64,000 nt of DNA from an uncultured bacterium (GTDB lineage Bacteria; UBA8481): the NCBI GenBank assembly GCA_964499705.1, contig CAZCME010000002.1:124001-188000 (forward strand), in the 5' to 3' direction. Of this stretch, positions 9,044 through 18,445 are shown in pieces (within the stretch, counting starts at the first letter, position 1; each line of letters begins with the position of its first letter). The position numbers were made by a program, and so were the translations under genes. The notes below the pieces were generated by a model. It was not told the origin of the DNA. It saw only the letters and a program-made list of their open reading frames with translations, and searched no databases.

Positions 9044-10305
9044 AGAACCGCCTTGTCGCCCGCCTTCACATCCTGATCGAGTATGACACGTTCGCCGCCG
9101 GAGAGGCCGGTCTCCACGATGACCTCCTCTCGCGATAACGGCGCTGACGTGATATCGCGGCGGACGACTCCGCTTTCTTCCAGCAGAAGAACGAAGGAGC
9201 CCTTGTCATCCGACCGGAGAGCGCCGGCTGGAATGCGGATTCGTTCTTTTTTTGTCGCGGCGCCGTCGCCGAATTCGATCCGGGCGTTCATGTCGTGCTT
9301 CAGTAGCGGAGAGAGTTCGAGGAGCTTCACGCGCAGCTCGATCGTTCCCTTCTGGCGATAGGCGAACGGCGTGATGCGGTCCACGACACCCGCGAACGCG
9401 GCATCCGGGAGCGCGTCGGGACGCGCCACGGCGGGCATGCCGACGGAAACGCGCGCGATGTCCCGCTCCGAAATCTCGACAACAGCTTCCATCTCCGACA
9501 TGTCGGCGATGACATAGGGAGGGGGAGTCACGGCGTCGCGGAGCCCGACGCCCTGCCCCGCGATGACGTATTCTCCCGGAGTCACCTCCTTGTTGACGAC
9601 GATGCCGTCAATGGGTGACCGGATGACGGTGCGCTCCAGAGCGACCCGGGCTCCGCTAGCTTGATGCCTGGCCTGCTGGATCTGCTCGCGCCGCGGCCCC
9701 TGCGCGACGAGCCGCCATTCGTTCTCGGCGGCATCCCTGCGAAACCGGGCCGCGTCATTATCGCGACGAAACCGATCGAACTCCTCCCGCGAGATCGCTC
9801 CGCTGTCAAGGAGACGCCCGGCTCTGGCAAAATCGTCGGACGCTTTTTTGTGGAGAGCGGCCGCTTCGTCGAGGAGGGCCCTGGCGCGGAGCTTTTCCTC
9901 CGGCCGGGATCCGGCCGCGAGTTCCGCGTAGCGTGCCTCCGTCGCTCCGAATTCGCTCTGATACGTCGAGGAATCGATCTCCAGGAGAATGTCTCCGGCG
10001 GCCACGGATTTGCCCACGTCGGGGCCGACGGAGATGACACGGCCGGATACTTCGGGCGTGATGGAGATCGGATTTTTCGCGACGATATAACCCGTGGCGG
10101 AAAGCATGCCCGCGGACAATCCCGCGTCGGCGGGGACTTCATACACGGTCACTTTCCTGGCGCCGGCCGACAGGAGGAGAAACATGCCGACGAGAACCGT
10201 GACGGCGAAAGCGATTCCGACGACGAGCTTGCGGCGCGATCGACCGTTTCCGGCCGCTACGGATCGGGCGTCGGAGGTAATGCGAAGCTGCTGGAGGTCG
10301 TTCAT
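9040..10305 (-). CDS. Efflux periplasmic adaptor (MacA/HlyD family)
   Basis: N-terminal TM, lipoyl half-motifs (VSGRV, IRSPIDGIV), coiled hairpin, GLSGGERV. Confidence 0.9.
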   Translation of the reverse strand: MNDLQQLRITSDARSVAAGNGRSRRKLVVGIAFAVTVLVGMFLLLSAGARKVTVYEVPADAGLSAGMLSATGYIVAKNPISITPEVSGRVISVGPDVGKSVAAGDILLEIDSSTYQSEFGATEARYAELAAGSRPEEKLRARALLDEAAALHKKASDDFARAGRLLDSGAISREEFDRFRRDNDAARFRRDAAENEWRLVAQGPRREQIQQARHQASGARVALERTVIRSPIDGIVVNKEVTPGEYVIAGQGVGLRDAVTPPPYVIADMSEMEAVVEISERDIARVSVGMPAVARPDALPDAAFAGVVDRITPFAYRQKGTIELRVKLLELSPLLKHDMNARIEFGDGAATKKERIRIPAGALRSDDKGSFVLLLEESGVVRRDITSAPLSREEVIVETGLSGGERVILDQDVKAGDKAVL

Positions 10306-10332
10306 CGAGGGAAGGTTATCATATCGCCGACA

Positions 10333-11487
10333 TCACGCCACATCGCGGAATGCGGCCGCGATCGGCAGGCGGACCGCGCGGACGGCGGGAAAAAATCCCC
10401 CGACCGCGCCCATCAGGATCGCCCACACCACGGCGGAAACGAGAATGTCCGGGGTGACGCGGAATTTGAAGGCGAGATCGGAAAACGACTGGAAATTCAT
10501 CACGGCGGTCGAGACGCCGTTCATCGGAATGGTCAGCACGCAACCGAGGAGGCCTCCCAGGAGACCGATGAAGGCGGCTTCGATCATGAACGAGAGGAGA
10601 ATGTCCCTGCGCCGGAATCCGATCGCTCGGAGCGTGGCGATTTCCGCCGTGCGCGCGCCTACGGACGCGTACATCGTGTTGACGGCGCCGAAGATGGCGC
10701 CGATGGCGAGGATCGACGTCACGAAAATCCCCAGCCCCTTCAGCATCCCCGTGGTCTGCTCCGCCTGTTCCGCGTAATAATCCACCTCGTTTCTCGCCAG
10801 AAGCGCCAGTCGCCGGTCATCGCGGACGCGCGCCGCGAAAGCTCCGAGCAGTCCCGGATCCCGGAGCCGTGCGGAAATCATCGAGTAATTTTCGCGCTTG
10901 AATGCGTCCATTGTCTTCACGTCGTCGCCCCAGATCTCCGATTCGAAACCGCTGCCTCCAGCCTCGAAGATTCCGACGACTCGCCAGGTGACCCCGGCCT
11001 GTCGAAAGGTCGATCCGAGCCGCATCCCCATGTAACGGGTCGCGGCGGCCCGGCCGACCATCACTTCGTGCCGGGTGGGATCGATCGCACGTCCCGCGAT
11101 GATCCGCACGTTTCTGTGAACGGCGAAGGCGGTAGCGGAGACGCCGCGTACGAGGACGTTGGCTTCGCCCTCGCCGTCCGCCGTCGGCAGCTGGAATATG
11201 ATGACGACCTCGGGCGAATAGGCATCTGTTCCGGCGAGCTCCGTCATGCTGGACATGATCCGGACCTGCTCCCGCGTGATGAGCGAATTGATGGCGGACG
11301 TGGAGCCTTCCCGGAGAACCACGGCGACTTCGGGATCCCCCATGCCAGCCTGCGTCGAACGAAATCCTTCCGCCAGCGCCAGGACCGTCGCGAAGATCGC
11401 GGTCACAAGGCCGATTCCAGCGGCGGAAAGGAGCGTTGTCGTTCTGCGGACCCGAAGATTGCGGATGTTGTAGGAAAGGGGAAGCAT
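10333..11487 (-). CDS. ABC transporter permease (MacB/FtsX family)
   Basis: RNL..R..TTLL, periplasmic core, RTAEIATLRAIGF, GGFFPA. Confidence 0.9.
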   Translation of the reverse strand: MLPLSYNIRNLRVRRTTTLLSAAGIGLVTAIFATVLALAEGFRSTQAGMGDPEVAVVLREGSTSAINSLITREQVRIMSSMTELAGTDAYSPEVVIIFQLPTADGEGEANVLVRGVSATAFAVHRNVRIIAGRAIDPTRHEVMVGRAAATRYMGMRLGSTFRQAGVTWRVVGIFEAGGSGFESEIWGDDVKTMDAFKRENYSMISARLRDPGLLGAFAARVRDDRRLALLARNEVDYYAEQAEQTTGMLKGLGIFVTSILAIGAIFGAVNTMYASVGARTAEIATLRAIGFRRRDILLSFMIEAAFIGLLGGLLGCVLTIPMNGVSTAVMNFQSFSDLAFKFRVTPDILVSAVVWAILMGAVGGFFPAVRAVRLPIAAAFRDVA

Positions 11488-11528
11488 GGCTCAGCGCTTT
11501 TTCGCGGAAGAGCGCGGGCGGATCGTCA

Positions 11529-12665
11529 TCATCCGATCGTTCCCAGCGCTTCCTGGGGCGAAATGCGGGATGCCTTGATGGCGGGATAGACTCCGGCCGC
11601 GAGGCCGATTGCCATGGAAATCGCCAGGCCCTCCACGATCGTCGATCCTCGGATCAGGAAGAACGGAAGCGCTCCGCCCGCGTTGAATCCATGAAGGGTC
11701 AGTCGCGCGATGATCGTGCCGACGACGCCCCCGACCAGGGAGAGGACGATCGCCTCCGACATGACGATCTGGAATATCCTCCTCACGGGAAAACCGAGAA
11801 CTTTCAGAAGCCCGATCTCCGTTGTGCGCTCGCGGATCGCCATCGCCATTGTGTTCGCGGCAACCATGGCGATGGAGAGAATAATGGCGACGGATATGGT
11901 GGAAAGAAGCGCCGTGACGTTTCCGATCATGCTCATGAACGCGACATTGAACGCCGTTTCCGTCTCGGTCTTCGATTCCGCGGGCGAATTCGCGAAGAGC
12001 GAGTCGATCGTCCTGCAGAGCCGCGCCGCGGAAACCCCTGGCGCGATCTTCGTCACGAATATTCCGACATTCCCCCGGCCGCCCGAGCTCTCGTCCAGCA
12101 TCTGCCAGTGGAAAAACATCAACGTTTCGTCGAAATTCGGCTTGGATGATTGATAGATCGCGCGCACGGTGAACGTGTACTCGCCCGCGTAGATATCGCC
12201 TTTCAGCGTCATGCGGTCGCCGATCTTCAACCCGTATTTCTCCGCCGTCACGCGACCGATGACGCAGCCGGACTTGTCCGCCATGAGATCCTTCATCTGC
12301 GCCGCTGGAATGACCATCTCCGGATATATCGGGAGATAAGTCGCCAGGTCGGCTCCGAACCGCGCGAAATAATGGCTGTTGTCGATGTAGGTTCCTCCGA
12401 ACCAGTTCGCCCAGGTGACTCCCTCCACACCGTTCAGGCGGCGGATGCGCTCGGCGTAAGTGAGAGGGAGGTAGAAGGTCAGGGATGTGGAGCGTCGGGT
12501 GATGAGGCGTGTATCGTCCGACGCGCTCACGGCGTCGTCGAACGTTGTCAGGACCGTTTTCAGGGCGACGAAGAGAAAGATCGCGATGCCGACGGAAACG
12601 ACCGTGAGAATGAGCCGGCGGCGGGAACGGAGAAGATTCCTGAGAACGAGAGAACCGTACGACAT
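11529..12665 (-). CDS. ABC transporter permease (MacB/FtsX family)
   Basis: RNLLRSRRRLILT, RERTTEIGLLKVLGF, GVYPA; start moved to ATG 12665. Confidence 0.9.
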   Translation of the reverse strand: MSYGSLVLRNLLRSRRRLILTVVSVGIAIFLFVALKTVLTTFDDAVSASDDTRLITRRSTSLTFYLPLTYAERIRRLNGVEGVTWANWFGGTYIDNSHYFARFGADLATYLPIYPEMVIPAAQMKDLMADKSGCVIGRVTAEKYGLKIGDRMTLKGDIYAGEYTFTVRAIYQSSKPNFDETLMFFHWQMLDESSGGRGNVGIFVTKIAPGVSAARLCRTIDSLFANSPAESKTETETAFNVAFMSMIGNVTALLSTISVAIILSIAMVAANTMAMAIRERTTEIGLLKVLGFPVRRIFQIVMSEAIVLSLVGGVVGTIIARLTLHGFNAGGALPFFLIRGSTIVEGLAISMAIGLAAGVYPAIKASRISPQEALGTIG

Positions 12666-12747
12666 GTGAACATTGTAACGGCGTCCGTCCGCCAAATCAT
12701 CACATCTTCCAGCAGCGGTCTCTCCGGGAATGCTAGGATTAGAATGA

Positions 12748-13947
12748 ATGGAGACTCAAGTGGATGTCGGGAAGAAGGGAGATAGCGCGGGATGGGTGAG
12801 CGAGCGGATCTTCCATCGGGCGGATGACTTCTTCGAAGGGCTTCTCGCGGAGATCCAGCGCGCGGAAAAATCCATCGACCTGGAGATGTATATCTACGAT
12901 GACGATGACCTGGGCTGCCGCGTTGCTGCCGCTCTTGCTGACGCCGCGCGCCGCGGCGTTGCGGTGCGAGTGCTGATTGACGCCTTCGGATCGCCCGACT
13001 GGCCTGGCAAGGCGGCGGCGATTCTCGCTTCGGCGGGATCGAGTTCGCCGGGCATCGAGTGGCGCATCTACCATCCGAAACCATGGTCTTTTCCCGGCTT
13101 GAAGGGGCTCTGGAGCCGGCCGGGCTTTTTCATGCAGGTGATCCGCAACATGAACCGCCGCGATCACAGGAAGGCATTCATCATCGACGGGCGGGTGGCG
13201 TGGCTGGGAAGCATGAATGTCAGCGTCCGCTCGCTGCGCGCGGTGCGGGGTGTTTCCGCGTGGCATGAATGCGGCGTGAGGATCGAGGGCGGCGAGGTCT
13301 TCGTCCTGACGCACGCTTTCGAGTATGCGTGGGATCGAGTAACAGATCCGCTCGCCCGCTTCAGCGACCGGAAACTTCAAGCCCGGCGTGTCGCGGCGTT
13401 TCGCGGCGCGCACCTGGTCCGCGTCAACGCTCCTTACAAGCTGCGCCGCCGTCACCGTCATGAACTTCTGCAGCGCATCAAGTCGGCTCGGCGTCGCGTC
13501 TGGATCGAAACTCCCTATTTCATTCCGACTCCCCGGCTCGTGACGGCGCTTTGTCTCGCCGCGCGTTCCGGCGCGGATGTCAGGCTCATTCTGCCGCGCC
13601 GATCCGACATCTTCTTCATTCCCTGGATCGTGCCGGCTTTCCTGGCTGAGCTCGCGGGAAGGGGCCTTCAGTTGTTCGAATACCTGCCGTCCAACCTGCA
13701 TGCGAAGATCATGATGATCGATGACTGGGTTACGGTCGGATCGTCGAACCTGAATCACCGCAGCCTCTTTCACGACCTGGAAATCGACGCGGTCATGACT
13801 TCCCGGGCGGCGCATGCGGATCTCGAGGAGCGGCTGCTGGCCGATATGAGGCAATCCGTCGAAGTCACTTCGGAAACCCTGAAGATGCGGCCGTTCATGC
13901 TGAAAGTGCTCGGGCGGATGATGATGCCTCTCCGCTACTGGATGTAG
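12748..13947 (+). CDS. Phospholipase D-family cardiolipin synthase (ClsB-like)
   Basis: Two HKD motifs (HRKAFIID, HAKIMMID), TPYFIP, VGSSNL; no N-terminal TM. Confidence 0.88.
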   Translation: METQVDVGKKGDSAGWVSERIFHRADDFFEGLLAEIQRAEKSIDLEMYIYDDDDLGCRVAAALADAARRGVAVRVLIDAFGSPDWPGKAAAILASAGSSSPGIEWRIYHPKPWSFPGLKGLWSRPGFFMQVIRNMNRRDHRKAFIIDGRVAWLGSMNVSVRSLRAVRGVSAWHECGVRIEGGEVFVLTHAFEYAWDRVTDPLARFSDRKLQARRVAAFRGAHLVRVNAPYKLRRRHRHELLQRIKSARRRVWIETPYFIPTPRLVTALCLAARSGADVRLILPRRSDIFFIPWIVPAFLAELAGRGLQLFEYLPSNLHAKIMMIDDWVTVGSSNLNHRSLFHDLEIDAVMTSRAAHADLEERLLADMRQSVEVTSETLKMRPFMLKVLGRMMMPLRYWM

Positions 13948-13949
13948 CG

Positions 13950-14708
13950 ATGCCCTCCGCTTTCCGGCCGCTCAGGATACTCTCCTATAACATCAACAAG
14001 GGTGCCAGCGGCGTGCGAAAGCGCAATGTGTTGTCCGCGATTCGGGAGGCGGTCAGCTTGCTCGACGCCGACATCGTCTTTCTGCAGGAAGTGCGGGTCA
14101 GGACGTATGGGGGAACCGAACCCGGATCGTTCGAAGCTCAGTTCGATTTTCTGGCGAGCGGCCTCTGGCCCCATATCGTCTACGGCAGGAACGTCATGCG
14201 CGACATGAGCCATCACGGGAATGCGATCCTCTCGCGGTATCCGATCGCATCCTGGGAGAATATCGATGTGTCCGCGCATCCCGTGGAGGGAAGAGGCATT
14301 CTGCATGCCGTCGTCGAACTGCCGTCGCACCGGCATGCGGGTACGCGGTCCGTGCACATGCTCTGCCTTCACCTGGGTCTGCTGGAACGATGGCGAAGGA
14401 AGCAGATGACGAAGCTGGAGGCGCGCATCCGGAGCGCGGTGCCGGAGGAGGCGCCGCTTCTTGTGGCGGGCGATTTCAACGACTGGCGCGAACGAGCGAC
14501 GGAACACCTGGCGAATGGATTGCATCTCGATGAAGCGTTCCACGATGTTCACGGCGCCCATGCCCGGACTTTTCCCAGCAGGCTCCCGACCCTGAAGCTC
14601 GATCGGATCTACATGCGGGGATTTCTCGCCGTTAAGGCGGAGCGGCTTTCCGGAAAACCCTGGAGCACGCTCTCGGATCACGTGCCGCTGTTGCTGGAAG
14701 TGGTGTAG
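13950..14708 (+). CDS. Endonuclease/exonuclease/phosphatase family protein (YbhP-like)
   Basis: SYNINKG, FLQEV, GNAILSR, AGDFNDW, LDRIY, SDH; next to ClsB-like gene as in ybhP-clsB. Confidence 0.88.
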   Translation: MPSAFRPLRILSYNINKGASGVRKRNVLSAIREAVSLLDADIVFLQEVRVRTYGGTEPGSFEAQFDFLASGLWPHIVYGRNVMRDMSHHGNAILSRYPIASWENIDVSAHPVEGRGILHAVVELPSHRHAGTRSVHMLCLHLGLLERWRRKQMTKLEARIRSAVPEEAPLLVAGDFNDWRERATEHLANGLHLDEAFHDVHGAHARTFPSRLPTLKLDRIYMRGFLAVKAERLSGKPWSTLSDHVPLLLEVV

Positions 14709-14739
14709 CCGCGGCCCTCAACCGCTCCGCGGCCCCGGC

Positions 14740-14773
14740 GAATGTTGCAATGTTGGAGAATGACCCCTATCAT
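14740..14773 (+). repeat. Third copy of the 2277-2401 repeat, forming a TTGCAA-17-TATCAT promoter
   Basis: GAATGTTGCAATGTTGGAGAATGACCCCTATC matches 2373-2404 at 30/32. Confidence 0.85.
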
Positions 14774-14779
14774 CCTCCC

Positions 14780-15745
14780 ATGTCATTCTACAAGGGCAAG
14801 AGCATTCTCGTCACCGGCGCCGCCGGATTTATCGGCAGCCATCTGGTGGATTCGCTGCTGGCCGACGGAGCGCGGCGGATCGTCGGTGTCGACAGCCTGA
14901 TCGCGGGCAACCGCGTCAACCTGCAGGACGCGAACCAGTCTTCGGCGTTCGAATTCGTCCAGGGGGATATTCGCGATGCGTTCCTGATGAACCAGCTCAT
15001 CGCGGATGTCGATGTCGTCTTCCATCTCGCGGCCTCGAAGCTCGTGGTGTCCCGGAATAATCCGCTCATCGACCTGGAGACAAATATCGTCGGGACGTTC
15101 AACATCCTCTCCGCCGCTCGCGGCAGGAACGTGCGCGTGATCTACGCCTCCACCGGTTCTACGCTCGGTTCGTCCGATAAGCCGATGGAGGAAGGGCACG
15201 TCAAGAGGCCGACCACGCTTTACGGGATCTCCAAGGGCTCGGCGGAGGAATATTGCACGTTCTTCTGCCGCGAATTCGGAGTGAAAACGACGGTCATCCG
15301 GTATTTTCACGTCTACGGCCCGCGACAGGATTACGACGGCGCTGCCGGCGTCATCAATATCTTTCTCTCCCGCGCGCTTCGCGGCCAGGATCTGTTTGTC
15401 CACGGATCCGGCGAGCAGATCCGCTGTTTCACCTACGTCCTGGACGATGTCGCCGCGACGAAATTTCTCGGCGAGCGGGAGGATACGATCGGCGAAATAT
15501 ATCACTGCGCCTCATCGATCCGCATGCAGGTTTCCGATCTCGCCACGCTCATCAAGGACCGGTACGGCAAGCCCGGCGTCCGGGTCGTTCACGACGAGGC
15601 GCGTCCCGGCGAGAACCTGCGACCCGAGCCGTCCACCGCCCGGATCGAATCGCTCGGGTTCAAGGTGCATACCGAATTCGAGGCGGGTCTCGAGACGACA
15701 AAGCGCTGGATCGAGGTCGACCTCAAGCGGCGTGGTCTCCTGTAA
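14780..15745 (+). CDS. NAD-dependent nucleotide-sugar epimerase/dehydratase
   Basis: TGAAGFIGSH, YGISK (YxxxK), VYGPRQ. Confidence 0.92.
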   Translation: MSFYKGKSILVTGAAGFIGSHLVDSLLADGARRIVGVDSLIAGNRVNLQDANQSSAFEFVQGDIRDAFLMNQLIADVDVVFHLAASKLVVSRNNPLIDLETNIVGTFNILSAARGRNVRVIYASTGSTLGSSDKPMEEGHVKRPTTLYGISKGSAEEYCTFFCREFGVKTTVIRYFHVYGPRQDYDGAAGVINIFLSRALRGQDLFVHGSGEQIRCFTYVLDDVAATKFLGEREDTIGEIYHCASSIRMQVSDLATLIKDRYGKPGVRVVHDEARPGENLRPEPSTARIESLGFKVHTEFEAGLETTKRWIEVDLKRRGLL

Positions 15746-15751
15746 TTCCCT

Positions 15752-16501
15752 TTGCTCCGCAATCTCCGCATCATCGCTCTGGCGCCGGCTTTCAATGAAC
15801 CTTCCAAGATATCGCGCGTTGTCTCGAACATGCCCCGCGACGTCGTCGACGAAGTGCTCGTCGTCAACGACGGCTCCACTGACGAAACACCCCGGGAAGC
15901 GGCCGCCTCGGGCGCGACCGTTCTGCATCATGAGAAACGCATGGGAATCGGGATCGCGATCAGGACCGGTTTCGAATACGCGATCGCCCGGAATTACGAC
16001 ATCGTCGTCGTCCTGGCCGGAAACGCGAAGGATAATCCCGCCGACATACCAAGGCTTTGTGCTCCGATCGTGGAAGACCGCGCGAAGTTCGTGCAGGGGT
16101 CTCGCTACCTCGAAGGCACCCGGTACGATCCCACGCTGAACACTCCGCTCCATCGCCGCGTCGTGACCCGCATCTACCCGATCCTTGTCGCTCTGGCGAC
16201 ATTCGTCCGGACGGGACGGCTCCCCAGGATCACGGAAGCCACCAGCGGATTCCGGGCCATCCACCGCGATGTCCTGACCGATCCGCGGATCGACCTCCGC
16301 CAGGACTGGCTCGACGGCCCTCTGGAGTATTACCTCTATATCAAGATTCACATGCTCGGCATCGCCTACGCGGAGGTTTCCACGAAGAAGATTTACCCGG
16401 CCGGAGCGAAATATCACGAGTACACGAAGGTGCGTCCCGGCCGCGACTGGATTCCCAGGCTGATGCCCCTCATCTATCTGACCCTGGGCATCAGGAGATG
16501 A
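15752..16501 (+). CDS. Glycosyltransferase family 2 (DPM synthase-like)
   Basis: PAFNE, VNDGSTD, VQGSRY, TSGFRA. Confidence 0.88.
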   Translation: MLRNLRIIALAPAFNEPSKISRVVSNMPRDVVDEVLVVNDGSTDETPREAAASGATVLHHEKRMGIGIAIRTGFEYAIARNYDIVVVLAGNAKDNPADIPRLCAPIVEDRAKFVQGSRYLEGTRYDPTLNTPLHRRVVTRIYPILVALATFVRTGRLPRITEATSGFRAIHRDVLTDPRIDLRQDWLDGPLEYYLYIKIHMLGIAYAEVSTKKIYPAGAKYHEYTKVRPGRDWIPRLMPLIYLTLGIRR

Positions 16502-16573
16502 GGATGAAGGAAGAAACAGGAGGGATGAGGAAATCGTCGGCATGAACATGCAGAACTTCATCCCACACTTATA

Positions 16574-18445
16574 ATGTGCGGCATTGCCGGTCTCTTCGAT
16601 CCGGGCGCGGCGGTCGACCATGGCGTTGTGCGGGAAATGCAGCGGCGCATGATTCACCGCGGTCCGGACGGAGAAGGATTCTTCGCGCGCGAGGGATTGG
16701 CGATGGCCATGCGGCGCCTCGCCATCATCGACAGGGCGGGCGGCGATCAGCCCCTTCAGAACGAGGATCGATCCGTATCCGTCGTCTATAACGGGGAAAT
16801 CTACAACCACCACGAACTGCGGCGGGAGCTGGAAGCGAAGGGTCATGTCTTCCGCACGAAGACGGACACGGAAGTGATCGTTCATCTGTACGAGGAGGAG
16901 GGCCCCGGTTGCGTCCGGCGTTTCGACGGCATGTTCGCGTTTTCGCTCTGGGACGAGCGGGAGCGCCGGCTCCTCATCGCGAGAGATCGCTTCGGCGTGA
17001 AGCCGCTCTACATCGCGCGGAAAGAGGGGAGACTCGCGTGGTCCTCCGAGATCAATTCCCTGCTGGCCGATTCCTCGATCCCGACCGAGCTCGACTGGGA
17101 GGCGATGGCCGTCTATCTCGCGCTCTATTACATACCGTCGCCCCGCACGATCTATTCATCCGTACGCGCCCTGCGTCCCGCTCATTACATCAGTGTCACG
17201 CGCGACGGAATCGAGGAAACGCGCTACTGGACGCCGCGATTCGGCGGAGGCCCCGGCGACGACGCGACCGCATGCGGAGAGATACGCCGGCATCTCGAGG
17301 AGGCGGTCGTCATGACGATGGAATCCGAGGTGCCGCTCGGGGTGTTTCTTTCCGGCGGGCTCGACTCCACAGCCATCGCCGGTTTCGCGAAGCGCGCCCT
17401 CGAAAAGACGGGCGGGCCGCTTCGCACGTATTCGCTGGGATTCGACAAGGACCGTTCGTACGATGAACGCCCCCTGGCGCGGATGGTCGCTCACATGTAT
17501 GGCACGGAGCATCGCGAATTCTCCCTGGCGCCGCAGGAAGTGCCCGAGATCCTGGGCAAGCTTGTGGATGTGTACGGCCAGCCGTTCGGAGACTGGTCGG
17601 CGGTCGTCAATTACAAGCTCGCGCAGGAGGCCAAGGCCACGTCGACCGTGATTCTCCGGGGCGACGGCGGCGATGAACTCTTCGGGGGGTATCCGACGCT
17701 GATCGCGAGCGGCTACGCGGAGCAGTATCTGAAGATCCCGTCGTTTCTGCGCGGCGGTATTCGGAGCATGGTGGAAAATCTGCCCGCTTCCGAAGGATAC
17801 ATGGCGCTCGATTTCAAGATGAAGAGATTCGTGGCCGGAGTTCGAAGTCCGGTGGAGGCGGCTCACCTGGCGTGGAAGGAAATCTTCTCCGACGAACGCC
17901 GTCGCGCCGCATGCCCCGCTCTGGCGCCGTTCTCGGGAAATATTCTGCAGGAACTGGCCGCGCCGCTTGTGGAGGAAACGGCCGCGGGATCGGCCGATCT
18001 CCTGCATCGTCTCATGTTCATCGATCTGCGCGTGTTTCTCGAGGGGTGCGGCCTCATCACATCCGATCATATCGCCATGGCGCACACGGTGGAGACGCGC
18101 GTGCCGTTCCTGACCAATAAGCTCGCTGATTTCGCCTTCTCTCTGCCTTCCTCCATGAAGATCCGCAAGATGAAGACGAAATACATCTTTCGCGCCGCCA
18201 TGGAGTCGATCCTGCCGTCGGCCGTGCTGCAGGCTCCGAAGCGCGGCTTCGTTCTCCCCGGCGCCGCGTGGCTGCGCGGTCCCATGAAGAGGATGGCGCT
18301 GGAGACGATCGCGGAGACGCCCGATTTCCTGAACCGGCGTTTCACGCGGACCGTCCTGGAAAGCCATCTCTCCGGTCGGAGGGACGCGACGCGGGAATTG
18401 TCGGCGCTCATCAACCTCATCCTCTGGTCCCGGTCCCGGAAGTGA
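16574..18445 (+). CDS. asnB: Asparagine synthase (glutamine-hydrolysing)-family amidotransferase
   Basis: MCGIAG, HRGPD, NGEIYN, RDRFGVKPL, LSGGLDS, GDGGDELFGGY, ETRVPFL. Confidence 0.92.
   Translation: MCGIAGLFDPGAAVDHGVVREMQRRMIHRGPDGEGFFAREGLAMAMRRLAIIDRAGGDQPLQNEDRSVSVVYNGEIYNHHELRRELEAKGHVFRTKTDTEVIVHLYEEEGPGCVRRFDGMFAFSLWDERERRLLIARDRFGVKPLYIARKEGRLAWSSEINSLLADSSIPTELDWEAMAVYLALYYIPSPRTIYSSVRALRPAHYISVTRDGIEETRYWTPRFGGGPGDDATACGEIRRHLEEAVVMTMESEVPLGVFLSGGLDSTAIAGFAKRALEKTGGPLRTYSLGFDKDRSYDERPLARMVAHMYGTEHREFSLAPQEVPEILGKLVDVYGQPFGDWSAVVNYKLAQEAKATSTVILRGDGGDELFGGYPTLIASGYAEQYLKIPSFLRGGIRSMVENLPASEGYMALDFKMKRFVAGVRSPVEAAHLAWKEIFSDERRRAACPALAPFSGNILQELAAPLVEETAAGSADLLHRLMFIDLRVFLEGCGLITSDHIAMAHTVETRVPFLTNKLADFAFSLPSSMKIRKMKTKYIFRAAMESILPSAVLQAPKRGFVLPGAAWLRGPMKRMALETIAETPDFLNRRFTRTVLESHLSGRRDATRELSALINLILWSRSRK

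Noticed and set aside
9661-11589. 642-aa plus-strand ORF
   Set aside because: Antisense to clear ABC exporter genes; typical high-GC shadow ORF with no motifs
16498-16573. Purine-rich GATGA(A/G)G spacer between GT2 and asnB
   Set aside because: Too short and degenerate to call a repeat family or RNA element
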